A stretch of 64,000 nucleotides of DNA from a virus (taxonomy: Duplodnaviria; Caudoviricetes). This document shows positions 9,420 through 20,272 of this stretch, piece by piece. The first letter of the stretch is position 1; each line of letters begins with the position of its first letter. The stretch lies in the IMG/VR virus record IMGVR_UViG_3300021964_009400, one strand, 5' to 3'. The notes beneath the pieces are model-generated. The model saw only the letters and a list, made by a program, of their open reading frames with translations, made no database searches and was not told the origin of the DNA. The position numbers and the translations under genes are program-made.

Positions 9420-9908
9420 ATGGCACGATATAACCCATTTCGGTGGTACACAGAAGGAAAGTACCGAAAAAGACCACTTAAAAAATCAGCACCACTTTTG
9501 TTGAAAATACAAAATGGTGATTTTGAATATTCACCTTTCTTTTTAGAATCAAAAGATAATCAGAAATTGTATGATAAAATGTTTAATGAATATATTACAA
9601 ATTCTCATTCAAAAAATAAAAATGATTTAGAAATAGAAGCTCATCAATATGCAAAAATGAAAAAAATTAAAGCTGAAAAGCTAATGGAAAAGGGAATTGA
9701 AGAGGAGCAAAGTAGATTACATGAATTAAAAACTGAATTAGAATTAGAATTTGGTATAGATTTATGGGAAAAGTGTTTAGAAAAAATGAAAGGAAAGGGA
9801 AGTACTGAAGATATGTACTGGTGGTATAAAAAACAATGTAAAATAGGACTAACCCCATCAGAAATGGCTATACAGTTGGGTAGAAAAACTACAAAAGGGT
9901 TAAGATAA
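9420..9908 (+). CDS. hypothetical protein
   Basis: 162-aa ORF directly downstream of a consensus promoter. Confidence 0.7.
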   Translation: MARYNPFRWYTEGKYRKRPLKKSAPLLLKIQNGDFEYSPFFLESKDNQKLYDKMFNEYITNSHSKNKNDLEIEAHQYAKMKKIKAEKLMEKGIEEEQSRLHELKTELELEFGIDLWEKCLEKMKGKGSTEDMYWWYKKQCKIGLTPSEMAIQLGRKTTKGLR

Positions 9909-10086
9909 ATATTTATTATTATGGAAGATACTTTATTAAAAAAAACAATTAAAGTTATAGATTCTTGTAAAAATGATATACATTTTGATGGAGCAATTAG
10001 ATATGTAAATAATTTTAAAAAATTTGGTAGTAAAAAACAATATGAGTTTATATTAAATCATTTACATAAAACATTAAACAATTATT

Positions 10087-10362
10087 ATGGAAATTAAAAG
10101 TAACAGATATGGCCACGAGCGTGTCTATGAAAAAATAAGTTCAGATAAAATTAGAATAACAGGCGAAACCATTTTTTCAAGAACGAATGAAGATGATTTT
10201 GGTAATATTAAAATGTTTGATTTTGAAGGTGGACCTTGTGTAACAGTAGGAGGAACTCTTAACTGCTTAAAGGGAAAATGGATTGTTAAAAAAATAAGTA
10301 TTGATACAAGTTCAAAAATAGAAAATCTTGCTGCAATTGTATGTGAAGTTAGTATAAAATAA
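10087..10362 (+). CDS. hypothetical phage protein
   Basis: SNRYG start, MFDFEGGP motif. Confidence 0.65.
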   Translation: MEIKSNRYGHERVYEKISSDKIRITGETIFSRTNEDDFGNIKMFDFEGGPCVTVGGTLNCLKGKWIVKKISIDTSSKIENLAAIVCEVSIK

Positions 10363-10697
10363 TGTGGAAAAAACCAAAATATAAAGTTAAACATATTTAC
10401 ATAGGAGAGGCTGATGTTCAAGAATGGACACAAGGTGTTGGAAAATTAACTTTAATGCCGTTAATGTTTAAAGGAATAAAAACATTAATTGAAAACGATT
10501 TAAAAAAGTATCAATTTGCAAGAGTTGAATGTGTTATACGAGAAAAACAGAAAGCATTTGATTTTTGGATACATAAAAAGAATATAGAAGATTCTCTTCA
10601 GAAATGTTTAGAATGGGCAATCGAAGAAGAGAAATATGAAATATGTTCTGAAATAAAAAAATTAGAAGAACAATTAGATAAAAAAAACGAGTTTTGA
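10362..10697 (+). CDS. hypothetical protein with C-terminal UVR-like motif
   Basis: LEWAIEEEKYEICSEIKKL. Confidence 0.6.
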   Translation: MWKKPKYKVKHIYIGEADVQEWTQGVGKLTLMPLMFKGIKTLIENDLKKYQFARVECVIREKQKAFDFWIHKKNIEDSLQKCLEWAIEEEKYEICSEIKKLEEQLDKKNEF

Positions 10698-11437
10698 AAA
10701 TATTAGTTATAGGAGATAGTTGTACTGATGTATTTGTTTATGGTAATTGTAAAAGATTATGTCCTGAAGCACCCATACCAGTATTTAATCCATCAAAAAC
10801 CATTACCAACCAAGGTATGGCAGGAAATGTTGTTGATAACCTCATAGCATTAGGAGTTAGAAAAACTGAACTAATCACCAACAACGAACAAATCATAAAA
10901 ACAAGATATGTAGAAACCAAATCAAACCAAATGTTACTCAGAGTAGATGGTAATGATAAGGTATCTAATTCATTTGATTATCGTAAAGTTGATTTTGATT
11001 CATATGATGCAGTAATTGTTGCAGATTATGATAAAGGATATTTAACATACGAAGATATTAAGAAGATTGGACAGAAATCTAAACTATCTTTTATTGATAC
11101 AAAAAAGACAATAGGTAGTGGAGATTATTTCAAAGATTATACATTTGTAAAAATGAATGAAGTTGAGTGGGAAAATTGTGTTGAAAAAGGTGCAGTTTAT
11201 TCCGATTGGAAAGATTCATTGATTGTAACTATGTCTGAAAGAGGATGTATGTACAATGAAAAAAGATATCCAGTCGATACTTCGATTGAGGTTAGAGATT
11301 TGAGTGGAGCAGGTGATACTTGGATGGCATCATTCGTAATGAAATATGTAGAAACTAAAAATATTGATGAATCAATTGAACTAGCTAATAAAAATGCAAC
11401 AATAGTAGTACAAAAACGAGGAGTTACAACAATATGA
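10694..11437 (+). CDS. PfkB-family sugar kinase, HldE/RfaE kinase-domain-like
   Basis: ILVIGDSCTD, RLCPEAPIPV, GMAGNV, DYDKG, DLSGAGDT. Confidence 0.85.
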   Translation: MKILVIGDSCTDVFVYGNCKRLCPEAPIPVFNPSKTITNQGMAGNVVDNLIALGVRKTELITNNEQIIKTRYVETKSNQMLLRVDGNDKVSNSFDYRKVDFDSYDAVIVADYDKGYLTYEDIKKIGQKSKLSFIDTKKTIGSGDYFKDYTFVKMNEVEWENCVEKGAVYSDWKDSLIVTMSERGCMYNEKRYPVDTSIEVRDLSGAGDTWMASFVMKYVETKNIDESIELANKNATIVVQKRGVTTI

Positions 11438-11844
11438 GAAAATACTTACCAACATTAGGAGAACTAATAGATAGGTTAACTATCGTTCAGTTAAAAGAAG
11501 TTAAAATTCCACAACACAAAGAGGAATACCAACAAGAAATAAAAGATATTGTACACGATATAAATGAAATATTGTTAGATGAAAAACTTTCGAACAATAT
11601 AGTTGATGGTGATATGATTAGAGCAATAATAGTATTGGCTCAAATGAATACTCATATTTGGGTAAATGAAGATAATGCCAGAAATGGTGATGAGAGAGGT
11701 AATAAATTACTTCTGACACATGGATTAAATGGAATCAGAAACACAGCTAAAAATAAAATTCAAGAAAAAGTTGGTGGAAGAAAAGATTACAAAATAGATT
11801 GTATAGCATCAGAATTTAAAGATTGGGAAATATCATGGGAATAA
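11434..11844 (+). CDS. conserved phage hypothetical protein
   Basis: YLPTLGELIDRLTIVQLKE helical N-terminus. Confidence 0.65.
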   Translation: MRKYLPTLGELIDRLTIVQLKEVKIPQHKEEYQQEIKDIVHDINEILLDEKLSNNIVDGDMIRAIIVLAQMNTHIWVNEDNARNGDERGNKLLLTHGLNGIRNTAKNKIQEKVGGRKDYKIDCIASEFKDWEISWE

Positions 11845-12128
11845 AAGAATATTATAAGATGTATCTTTCATTACATCAAAATAAAAATTGTATTAGATTA
11901 CATTTCATTGGACAGTGGGTAACTTTAATCAGTACCTTCTTAATTTTTTATCATTGGTTATGGTATCTTATACCAATTATACCATTTATCATTTATCCAT
12001 TTGCTTGGAGTGGTCATTATCTTTTTGAAAAGAATGAACCAGCTGCATTTAAAGACCCCATCAAAGCTAAGATATCAGATTGGATAATGTTTTGGGATAT
12101 AATGAGGGGTAAAATAAAAATATTTTAA
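11835..12128 (+). CDS. DUF962/Mpo1-like membrane protein
   Basis: YLSLHQN...LHFIG, YPFAWSGHYLFEKNEPAAF; ATG 11835. Confidence 0.8.
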   Translation: MGIKEYYKMYLSLHQNKNCIRLHFIGQWVTLISTFLIFYHWLWYLIPIIPFIIYPFAWSGHYLFEKNEPAAFKDPIKAKISDWIMFWDIMRGKIKIF

Positions 12129-13067
12129 ATGAAAAAACCTAAATGCCTTGTAGTAGTAGGATGTAGTTTAACTTTTGGACAAGGAGTTGAATATCATGAA
12201 ACTTGGGGTAGTTTATTAGCAGAAGAACTTGGGTTGGATTTCATAAATCTTGGTTGTGGTGGAACTGGTTGGTATTATGTTGAAGAAGTAGTAAAAACCT
12301 TTGTTTTAGAAAACCAAGAAAATATAAATGATTATTTATTCGTTATACAAAAATCAGAGTTTAATAGGAGACCAAGTTACGAGGAGATTGCGTTTATACC
12401 AGTTGAAAATGAAAACCTTAAAAAATATAATATAAATCTAATACCTCATGCTGCATATAATTTTATAGGATTGAGAGAAGGTCTTAGAAGTTGTGAACCT
12501 ATTAGAAATATTGACCAATATAGTTGGGCTGATGTATTTAATTTACCTAATCATAGGGTAAATCCTCATCATAGAAATCCATGGTGGGTTGATATAGATA
12601 ATAAAGGAGAATCAGCACCACATCCAAATACAGATGTTCAAGTGGAATCGTTACTTACACATTGGGGTTATTCTATATTTGGATTACATAAATTTTTAAA
12701 AGAATTCAATGTCAATCATATTCTTGTAGATGGATATTTTCCTCTTTTATCATGTAAATTAAATTTTAAAAAATATAATTGTTTTAGTGAAGATGAGTTT
12801 CAATTAACAAAAGATTTTTGGAGTTGTAAACCAATGAAAAATGATGAAGATGAAATATTACTTATTAAACATGATAATCCAAAATTGATAAGTATAATAG
12901 ATAAAATTGATAAAAAAAATAAAATAGATGATGTAGTTCTTTGGAGTACATTCTTTTGGAAAGATAATAAAAGTTGGAATATAGATGGTGGACATCCAGG
13001 TCCGAAAGGACATAAATTAATAAAAGAAATTATTTTAGAAAATATCAAACAAAAAGAATTGATATGA
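12129..13067 (+). CDS. SGNH hydrolase-like protein
   Basis: VVGCSLTFGQG, NLGCGGTG, DGGHPGPKGH. Confidence 0.75.
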   Translation: MKKPKCLVVVGCSLTFGQGVEYHETWGSLLAEELGLDFINLGCGGTGWYYVEEVVKTFVLENQENINDYLFVIQKSEFNRRPSYEEIAFIPVENENLKKYNINLIPHAAYNFIGLREGLRSCEPIRNIDQYSWADVFNLPNHRVNPHHRNPWWVDIDNKGESAPHPNTDVQVESLLTHWGYSIFGLHKFLKEFNVNHILVDGYFPLLSCKLNFKKYNCFSEDEFQLTKDFWSCKPMKNDEDEILLIKHDNPKLISIIDKIDKKNKIDDVVLWSTFFWKDNKSWNIDGGHPGPKGHKLIKEIILENIKQKELI

Positions 13068-13978
13068 AATACATTATAAACACAGGTTGTAGTTACGGTG
13101 TTATGTTTCGTTCAATGAAAAAATTTACAAAAGGAAACGATTCAGAATTTGAGGTTATTGATTTACATTGTGATTCATTTGGTGCAGAATATCAAAAAAG
13201 AAGTGTTATTTATACTGTTTCTAAATTACTAAAAAAAGGGATAACTCCAAATAATATTTTTACTATTATAGAATGGTCTCAACCAAATAGATTATTTACA
13301 GAAATACCAAATGAGTTGTGTAAAGATATTTTAAATGACCATACCGAAGGTACATTTATTTTAGATAATCATTTTAATTTAAAAGAAGAAAGTGATGAGT
13401 TTATCAGAAAATGGAAATCTCTAAATGTAATTTTTGGAAATAAAGTTTACACAAATTCAGATGTTGATGATTTTACTTATTATGAAAACAAAGATATTGA
13501 ATGGTATTTAAGTGAATATAAAAAGAATTGTCATATTTCACACAAACCAATTGATAGATACGAACATTATTTACAAACAATAGTAGATACTCAGAGTTTT
13601 TTATCAACAAGAAATATTGAACATATTTCATTTTTAATGAACGATACATTTACAAATTTAAAAAATATTTCAGATTATTTAAATTCACTTTGGAACGAAG
13701 TTGATTTTTCAAAGTTTGTATTCTATAATGGATTTGGCGGTATTGATGAATATGCAATGGAAAAATATGGTAATATTGCGTATTTAAGTGGAGCAAATGA
13801 ATGGGATATACCAGAAGATGGAATGGTTATGTCTTTTGGGGCTCATCCACACGATTCTGTATATATAGATTTCTTTGAAGAGTATATTTATCCTAAAGGG
13901 CAAAAGTATTTTGGAAAACTATCCTTTGATTACAAAAATAGATGGTTAAAATCAAAACATAATGCAATTAGATTATGA
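13064..13978 (+). CDS. SGNH hydrolase-like protein
   Basis: NTGCSYG, IEWSQPNR, GAHP. Confidence 0.65.
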   Translation: MKYIINTGCSYGVMFRSMKKFTKGNDSEFEVIDLHCDSFGAEYQKRSVIYTVSKLLKKGITPNNIFTIIEWSQPNRLFTEIPNELCKDILNDHTEGTFILDNHFNLKEESDEFIRKWKSLNVIFGNKVYTNSDVDDFTYYENKDIEWYLSEYKKNCHISHKPIDRYEHYLQTIVDTQSFLSTRNIEHISFLMNDTFTNLKNISDYLNSLWNEVDFSKFVFYNGFGGIDEYAMEKYGNIAYLSGANEWDIPEDGMVMSFGAHPHDSVYIDFFEEYIYPKGQKYFGKLSFDYKNRWLKSKHNAIRL

Positions 13979-14754
13979 TAAATAAAAAACACGAATGGTT
14001 AGATAGTAAAAATGAGTGGGGTTTTGGAAGAGTTAAGATTGATAATTTTCTTGATGATAAAACAGTTCACCAATTATATGAAGAATGTAAAAACGCTCCA
14101 AAAGGTGGTTGGACAGTATTTACTCGTGCTGGTTCAAGAATGGAGGAATTCAACGATTTAATTTCACTACCAACTGCACATAGGGTAACTTATGATATAA
14201 TGCATAGTGGTGAGTTTCTGTATGAATTAGAACAAATGACAGGTATTATAGGATTATTACCAGACCCACATTTAGTTGGAGCAGGCTACTCGATAATTAG
14301 AAATGGAAAAGATTTAGGTTGTCATTACGATTTCAATTGGAATGATAGAATCAGATTACATAGAAAACTAACTACACTACTTTATATTACACCAGATTGG
14401 AAAGATGAATGGGGAGGACATATTCAGTATTACGATGATAATATTGATATTAATCCTAATTCAAATCTTATAGAATCTGTTTCACCAAAATTTAATAGAT
14501 TAGTAATTAATGAAAATGTAAAACAAGGACCACATCATAGAGTGAGTGAAGTAAATTCACCTGAAGATAAACCAAGATGTGCAATCAGATTCTTTTATTA
14601 TATTTCTACATCAGAATATGATAAAGATAATCCACCACATAGAAGTACTTACAAATCAAATGAATATTCACACCACAAATTACATGAAGAGGAAAATTGG
14701 AATGGACATTTTGTAGGACAAGGCGGAGAAGATTATGGATATAAATCTAAGTAA
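13975..14754 (+). CDS. 2OG-Fe(II) oxygenase
   Basis: H-x-D (CHYD), WGGH, PHHRV, terminal PRCAIRF. Confidence 0.85.
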   Translation: MINKKHEWLDSKNEWGFGRVKIDNFLDDKTVHQLYEECKNAPKGGWTVFTRAGSRMEEFNDLISLPTAHRVTYDIMHSGEFLYELEQMTGIIGLLPDPHLVGAGYSIIRNGKDLGCHYDFNWNDRIRLHRKLTTLLYITPDWKDEWGGHIQYYDDNIDINPNSNLIESVSPKFNRLVINENVKQGPHHRVSEVNSPEDKPRCAIRFFYYISTSEYDKDNPPHRSTYKSNEYSHHKLHEEENWNGHFVGQGGEDYGYKSK

Positions 14755-15514
14755 TAAAAAATATTTGATTACATCTGGTTGTTCATTTACCGATGGTTAT
14801 CAAATGGGAAATGAAGGAAGTTGGTCTTATTATTTATCTAAAATGTTAAATTTTAAATTGATAAATAAAGCAAGGGGTGGTTCTGGTAATGAGTATATAG
14901 CAGATTCAATTATAATTGAATTAATGAATAATGAAGAAATTAGAAACGAATCTGTTGTAATAGTTGCATGGTCATCGAACACACGATTAATGACTTCGGT
15001 TTTTGATGGAGAATATAATGTTTTAGATACCGTACAACCTCAAGATTTTATTGAATGGGAAAAGGGAGGTTCTGGTAAATACACTAATTTAAATTGTGGA
15101 AAAACTTTGTTTTCAGATGTTCCATTTTGTGCGTATAAAACTTATTTATCTATTTTAAAACTAAGTTCCTTTTTAGACTCTCTTAACATTCCATATGTTT
15201 ATTTAGATGCAATATCTCAAAATAAAGTTGAATTAGAAGATGTTGGGGGAAAACAAAAAATTATTTTAAAAAGTTACGCAGGTATAGAAAGTGTAGATTT
15301 TGATTTAAGTGATTATCCTCATCAGTATAAAGATGTATTTAATGAAAAATTTAATAATAATATTTTTAAAAATTTTATTAAAGTTAAAGAACATAGTAGT
15401 ATTTTAGATTTTATGTGGACGGATTATGATAATTACACAAAAGGTAATCCAGGACATCCTAACGATATTGCTTCTAAACAAATTGCAGAAAGTATATACA
15501 AACAAATTATATGA
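14735..15514 (+). CDS. SGNH hydrolase-like protein
   Basis: TSGCSFTDG, ARGGSGNEYI, AWSSNTR, PGHPN. Confidence 0.75.
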   Translation: MDINLSNKKYLITSGCSFTDGYQMGNEGSWSYYLSKMLNFKLINKARGGSGNEYIADSIIIELMNNEEIRNESVVIVAWSSNTRLMTSVFDGEYNVLDTVQPQDFIEWEKGGSGKYTNLNCGKTLFSDVPFCAYKTYLSILKLSSFLDSLNIPYVYLDAISQNKVELEDVGGKQKIILKSYAGIESVDFDLSDYPHQYKDVFNEKFNNNIFKNFIKVKEHSSILDFMWTDYDNYTKGNPGHPNDIASKQIAESIYKQII

Positions 15515-16440
15515 AATATGTACTAACATCAGGTTGCTCTTTTACTAATAATGTAAGATTAAATCCAAATAATTTAGAAGAATTAGATACTGAAAGATTA
15601 TCTTGGCCATATTATCTACAAAAAGAATTAGGTAAACAATATAAGGTTCTAAACTATGGTGGTGCAACAAATGATAATGTTAGTTTATGTAGAATCTTTT
15701 TTTATCATATCAAAAGATTAATGAGTGAAGGAATATCTTCAAAAGATATTATAGTAATTGGACAATGGTCAGACCCTAATAGAGAATCGGTTTGGATTAA
15801 ATCTAAATTTACAGAACAAGATAGAGAAAAATATGGTCATACTTTGGTTTATACACCAAATTGGGAAGTTGAAAATGGATTCTTTTATTTAACAGGTGGA
15901 TTTTCTCCACCAGATGATGAAGATTCAGCACTTAAAAAATATGGTATTGAAAACGCAATTAAATATTGGGAAGCAGATATCAATTGGAACAACATTTTAA
16001 ATCAAGTTTTACATTGGTTAGAATCTTGGTCACATTTAGAAAGATTTTGTAAAGAAAATCAAATCAGTACATATTGGATGAGTATGAGAAATCCATACTC
16101 AATAGAAGCATATGAACAATGGTTTGGTGCACCAGAAAATAATTCTGATATTCCAAGTAAAGATTTGTGGTTTGAAAAATATGAAATACTTAAACCTTAT
16201 ATTGATGAGGTTCCTATTGATAAACCAAATCATTGGCATTATAAAAACTATAATGGATTATTAGAATGGACAATTGATAATATTGAAAAAGGAGTTCCTT
16301 ATTTTCAAGAATCAAATGGAAAATATTTAAGTTGGGAGGATTATAAAAAAGAAATACACGAATATGGTTGGGGACATCCTTCACCACAAATGATGGAAAA
16401 GTTTGTAAAAGAAGAGTTAATAAAATTATTAGATAAATGA
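15511..16440 (+). CDS. SGNH hydrolase-like protein
   Basis: TSGCSFTN, GGATND, GQWSDPNR, WGHPS. Confidence 0.75.
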   Translation: MKYVLTSGCSFTNNVRLNPNNLEELDTERLSWPYYLQKELGKQYKVLNYGGATNDNVSLCRIFFYHIKRLMSEGISSKDIIVIGQWSDPNRESVWIKSKFTEQDREKYGHTLVYTPNWEVENGFFYLTGGFSPPDDEDSALKKYGIENAIKYWEADINWNNILNQVLHWLESWSHLERFCKENQISTYWMSMRNPYSIEAYEQWFGAPENNSDIPSKDLWFEKYEILKPYIDEVPIDKPNHWHYKNYNGLLEWTIDNIEKGVPYFQESNGKYLSWEDYKKEIHEYGWGHPSPQMMEKFVKEELIKLLDK

Positions 16441-17039
16441 AAAAATGTTTAATTATTTTTGGTGAATATCGTGGTAGAAGAAAAGCCATAGAATGGGACT
16501 CAGAAAATCTACCTGATGATTGGGATAGTATTCTTTCTACATGGAGTATTACCCATAGTTATTCATACAAAGATGGTTTTTCAGATACAAAACACAGAAC
16601 TATTATCGAACCATGTAAAATAGATGATAATTTATTTTTGTATCCATCTTACGCAATGAGTAATAGAATAATAAAAGCATTAGAATCAATAAACGAAGAA
16701 TATGAATACATAGTAGTTAAAAGATTAGATTTATTATGGAAAGACGTATTTACTCATATTTCAGATATACAAAACAAAATATGGGTAGAAGAAAAAGAAG
16801 AAAAAAAAACCTTAAACGATTATATATTTGCTGGTAAAAAAGATGAATTATTGTACTTTTTTAAATCTGTTTACAATTACATAGAAACTAACAACCCACC
16901 TCGAATGAAAAATGGGTTACCTTATGTTCACTATTTTTGGTATAAAATGGTTAAAAAATATATTTCATACGAACCAAATGAGTTATTTATTGAAAGAACA
17001 AGACCAAAATATAATTTGTTAAGAAAAAAGAAATTTTAA
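16437..17039 (+). CDS. putative glycosyltransferase-like protein
   Basis: IIFGEYRG, LSTW, KRLDL, NDYIFAG; paralog of 17061 and 32008. Confidence 0.5.
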   Translation: MKKCLIIFGEYRGRRKAIEWDSENLPDDWDSILSTWSITHSYSYKDGFSDTKHRTIIEPCKIDDNLFLYPSYAMSNRIIKALESINEEYEYIVVKRLDLLWKDVFTHISDIQNKIWVEEKEEKKTLNDYIFAGKKDELLYFFKSVYNYIETNNPPRMKNGLPYVHYFWYKMVKKYISYEPNELFIERTRPKYNLLRKKKF

Positions 17040-17060
17040 ATTTAAAAAATTATTAGATAA

Positions 17061-17726
17061 GTGAAAAAAGATTTATTAGTATTTTTTGGACAATACAGAA
17101 CATTTGATATAGTACTACCATATTTAAAAAATTTGGATAAAGTAGATGTCATAGTTTCAACATGGTCAAACGAGCTAACAAAAGAAAAAATAGATTTAAT
17201 TTACAAATACATTCCTCATGTTAATCTTTTAATAAATAATTTTGATGAATTAGAACCAAGATTTAAAAAAGACCATGGACCAATGTATTTTCATTGGAAA
17301 AATATAATTAATTATTTAGATGAAACAAAATATGAAAAAGTTTTATTACATAGAACCGATATAATTAGTAATTGGAACAATATATTAGATATTAAACTTG
17401 AAGAAAAAACTTTATATCTAAATAATTCAAATAATCAACCCAAAATATCAAAAGATATAGTTCCAAAAAAAGGAGTTATTGATAGATATTGGATAGATGA
17501 CCAACTTATAATTGGTGATGTAAATATAATAAAAAAATTAATTGAAACTATTATAGATAGTAATAATTTTGAACCTCATTTTCCAATTGGAAATGTAATT
17601 ATAAATGAAAAAATATTAGTGAAATCATGGAATGATTTTATTAAAATTTCATCAAAAATATTAAGAAGTGATGAAAATAAAGAAATAGATAAAATGCATG
17701 AAATTAAAATAGATGAAAGAGTATAA
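17061..17726 (+). CDS. putative glycosyltransferase-like protein
   Basis: FFGQYRTF, VSTWS, HRTDI, DDQLIIG. Confidence 0.5.
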   Translation: MKKDLLVFFGQYRTFDIVLPYLKNLDKVDVIVSTWSNELTKEKIDLIYKYIPHVNLLINNFDELEPRFKKDHGPMYFHWKNIINYLDETKYEKVLLHRTDIISNWNNILDIKLEEKTLYLNNSNNQPKISKDIVPKKGVIDRYWIDDQLIIGDVNIIKKLIETIIDSNNFEPHFPIGNVIINEKILVKSWNDFIKISSKILRSDENKEIDKMHEIKIDERV

Positions 17727-18351
17727 AGTAAATGACCCATGGGATTGGGTTACTCATTTTGAAAATGAAGTAGCAGAATATACTGGTTACAGATATGGTA
17801 TCGCATGTGATTCAAATTCTAACGCTATACGATTGTGTTTACATTATTTAGGAATTAAACACACAGAAATAGAGATACCTGCAAAAACTTATGTTTCAGT
17901 TCCAAATCAAATTATTTTGAGTGGTAATAAACCAAAATTTAAAGATATAAAGTGGGAAGGAATGTATGAAATTGGTAAAACTTCAATTATAGATGCAGCA
18001 ACTGCATTTCATAAAGGAATGGGAATGGGTTTACAAAATAAATTTATGATAATATCTTTTCATTTTAAAAAAATACTGAATATCGGACAGGGTGGAATGA
18101 TTTTAACTAATAATAAAGATTTTGAAAAATGGGCAAGACCTATGATTTATGATGGTAGAAATAAAAATAAACTTTATAAAAATGACGAGTTTGAATGTAT
18201 TGGTTGGCATATGTATATGGGACCCGAGCAGGCAAAGAAAGGATTAGAGATTTTTAATTCAAATAAAATAAAGGATTTTAATACACCGTGTGGAAGTAGT
18301 GAAACTTATAGTGATTTAAGAGAACAAAAAATTTATGAAGAATATGTCTAA
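17713..18351 (+). CDS. DegT/DnrJ/EryC1/StrS-family PLP aminotransferase, short form
   Basis: FENEVAEY, CDSNSNA, IDAA, SFHFKKIL (PLP Lys), GQGGMILT. Confidence 0.8.
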   Translation: MKEYKVNDPWDWVTHFENEVAEYTGYRYGIACDSNSNAIRLCLHYLGIKHTEIEIPAKTYVSVPNQIILSGNKPKFKDIKWEGMYEIGKTSIIDAATAFHKGMGMGLQNKFMIISFHFKKILNIGQGGMILTNNKDFEKWARPMIYDGRNKNKLYKNDEFECIGWHMYMGPEQAKKGLEIFNSNKIKDFNTPCGSSETYSDLREQKIYEEYV

Positions 18352-18392
18352 TAAAACATATAGTTATTTAAAATTTAAAAATTTATTATAAT

Positions 18393-19433
18393 ATGAAAAA
18401 AGAAATAAATAGAATTTTTTTACTTGGTGATTCATGGATTGAAGGACAGGGTTGTTATTCAGAAATTCAAGATGGAATCGCACAAGAACCTAACTTACCT
18501 TTCGGTCATCATATATATGATGGAATTAATCATTGGAGAAAAAATAATTCTTGGAATAAATTTTTCAAAGATACTTTTGGAAGTGATATTGAAATTAATA
18601 ATCTAGGTTTACAAGGTTCAAATAATTACCAACAATTTAGTTTTTTACAATATATTCTTGCGCGAGATTATAGAGATACCGATTTAATATTATTTGGATT
18701 TACATCAAAATATAGAGATAATGGAGCCATTAATCCAGCATTTACATCTCCTTCACACGATGATTGGTTTCATTATGTTAAAAATCAAAAGAGACCGAGT
18801 TTAAATCCAGAACTTTTAAATAGAATAAATCCAATAAATAATACTCAACTTTCATTTGAAAAAATACAAATTCAATTAGAAATTTTGAGTGCAAACAACA
18901 ATGAAAATATTTTTTTAGGAAAAGAAGAATTTTTTGAAGATACAAAGATTTCAGAATCAGAAAAGGAATTTTCTAAAAAATGGATACAAGATTTTTTTAT
19001 TGAATTGTTTGATGAAAGGACCTATGAAAATATAGCACAAATAAATTATATGTTTTATCAAAAATATTGTAAATGGAAAGGAATTAACATTTTATTTTTT
19101 GATTTGTTTGAACCATATATAGATAAGAATTTTATAAATGAGTTTTATAATGTTGATAGTGAAATGTACATAAACTATAATAAAAAAACATTTAGAGATA
19201 TGTTAGTAGATTATGAAATGGAAAATTTTACTACTGCAGATAATATAACTGTTTGGGAATCTAATAACACATTTCCTTGTTTAAACATCTCTGAGCAAAT
19301 TAAAGGAAACAAAGCTGATAGGTATTCTGGTCCAATATATCATCCAAACCAACATGGTTACAAATATTTATATGATTATTTACTTGAAAATTACATAAAT
19401 CCAAAATATAACATAATACCAAAACAGTTATGA
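18393..19433 (+). CDS. SGNH hydrolase-like protein
   Basis: LLGDSWIEG, GLQGSNN, YHPNQHGY. Confidence 0.7.
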   Translation: MKKEINRIFLLGDSWIEGQGCYSEIQDGIAQEPNLPFGHHIYDGINHWRKNNSWNKFFKDTFGSDIEINNLGLQGSNNYQQFSFLQYILARDYRDTDLILFGFTSKYRDNGAINPAFTSPSHDDWFHYVKNQKRPSLNPELLNRINPINNTQLSFEKIQIQLEILSANNNENIFLGKEEFFEDTKISESEKEFSKKWIQDFFIELFDERTYENIAQINYMFYQKYCKWKGINILFFDLFEPYIDKNFINEFYNVDSEMYINYNKKTFRDMLVDYEMENFTTADNITVWESNNTFPCLNISEQIKGNKADRYSGPIYHPNQHGYKYLYDYLLENYINPKYNIIPKQL

Positions 19434-20152
19434 AAATATTTTATTCAAATGGTGATTCAGTAGTTTGGGGTGCAGAACTTGAAAATAAAACCTCTGAGAG
19501 ATACTCTTCAATTTTAAGTGATATGTTTGGGTGGGTTGATTGTAATAATGCATCAGCGGGAGTATCAAATGATTACATATTTAGACAGACAATGAGAGAC
19601 GTTTCTTATTGGTTAGATACAAAAAAATGTTGGAGTGAAGAAAGTGGTTGGATAAAAAGTGATGAAATATTTGTTTGTATTGGTTGGACATCACCAACGA
19701 GATTTGAATGGTGGACAGGTAGCGAATACCAACAAGAAAGATTGTGGAAAGGATATGATAAGTGGGGTGATAATGATAAGGATAAAACAACTGAAGATGA
19801 ATTTGTTTTAAATCAAACAGAGGATATACCTTCATATATTAAAACCTTAAATCAAATAATTTCATTAGGAAGTTTTTTACAAATCAATGGAATACCGTAT
19901 TGTTTTTACAATGTATTTTATGATTTTAAAGAAGTTAGAGAACCTAAAAAACAAATTGATAAGTTTGGTAGAAAAACAAAACAAATCTCATTAAAATCAT
20001 TATGGAAACAACTTCCTAATTTTAAAAACGAGTCAATGTACCAATATTTAGAAAAAAATGGTGGAACTTTTTTAAAAAGAAAACACCCATCTAAAAAATC
20101 TCATAAGTTATGGGCAGAATATTTATATAAAAAGATTAGACATGAGTTGTAA
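19430..20152 (+). CDS. SGNH hydrolase-like protein
   Basis: SNGDSVVWG, ASAGVSND, GWTSPTR, KHPSKKSH. Confidence 0.75.
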   Translation: MKIFYSNGDSVVWGAELENKTSERYSSILSDMFGWVDCNNASAGVSNDYIFRQTMRDVSYWLDTKKCWSEESGWIKSDEIFVCIGWTSPTRFEWWTGSEYQQERLWKGYDKWGDNDKDKTTEDEFVLNQTEDIPSYIKTLNQIISLGSFLQINGIPYCFYNVFYDFKEVREPKKQIDKFGRKTKQISLKSLWKQLPNFKNESMYQYLEKNGGTFLKRKHPSKKSHKLWAEYLYKKIRHEL

Positions 20153-20272
20153 AAACAAATCAAAAACAATATTAGAAAAAAGGTTAGAAAAAAATCTAAC
20201 TAAAGAACAAAGAGAAAAGTTTTGGAAAAAAGCTGCTAATAATAACCATTTTAACGATATTTTCAACAGATA

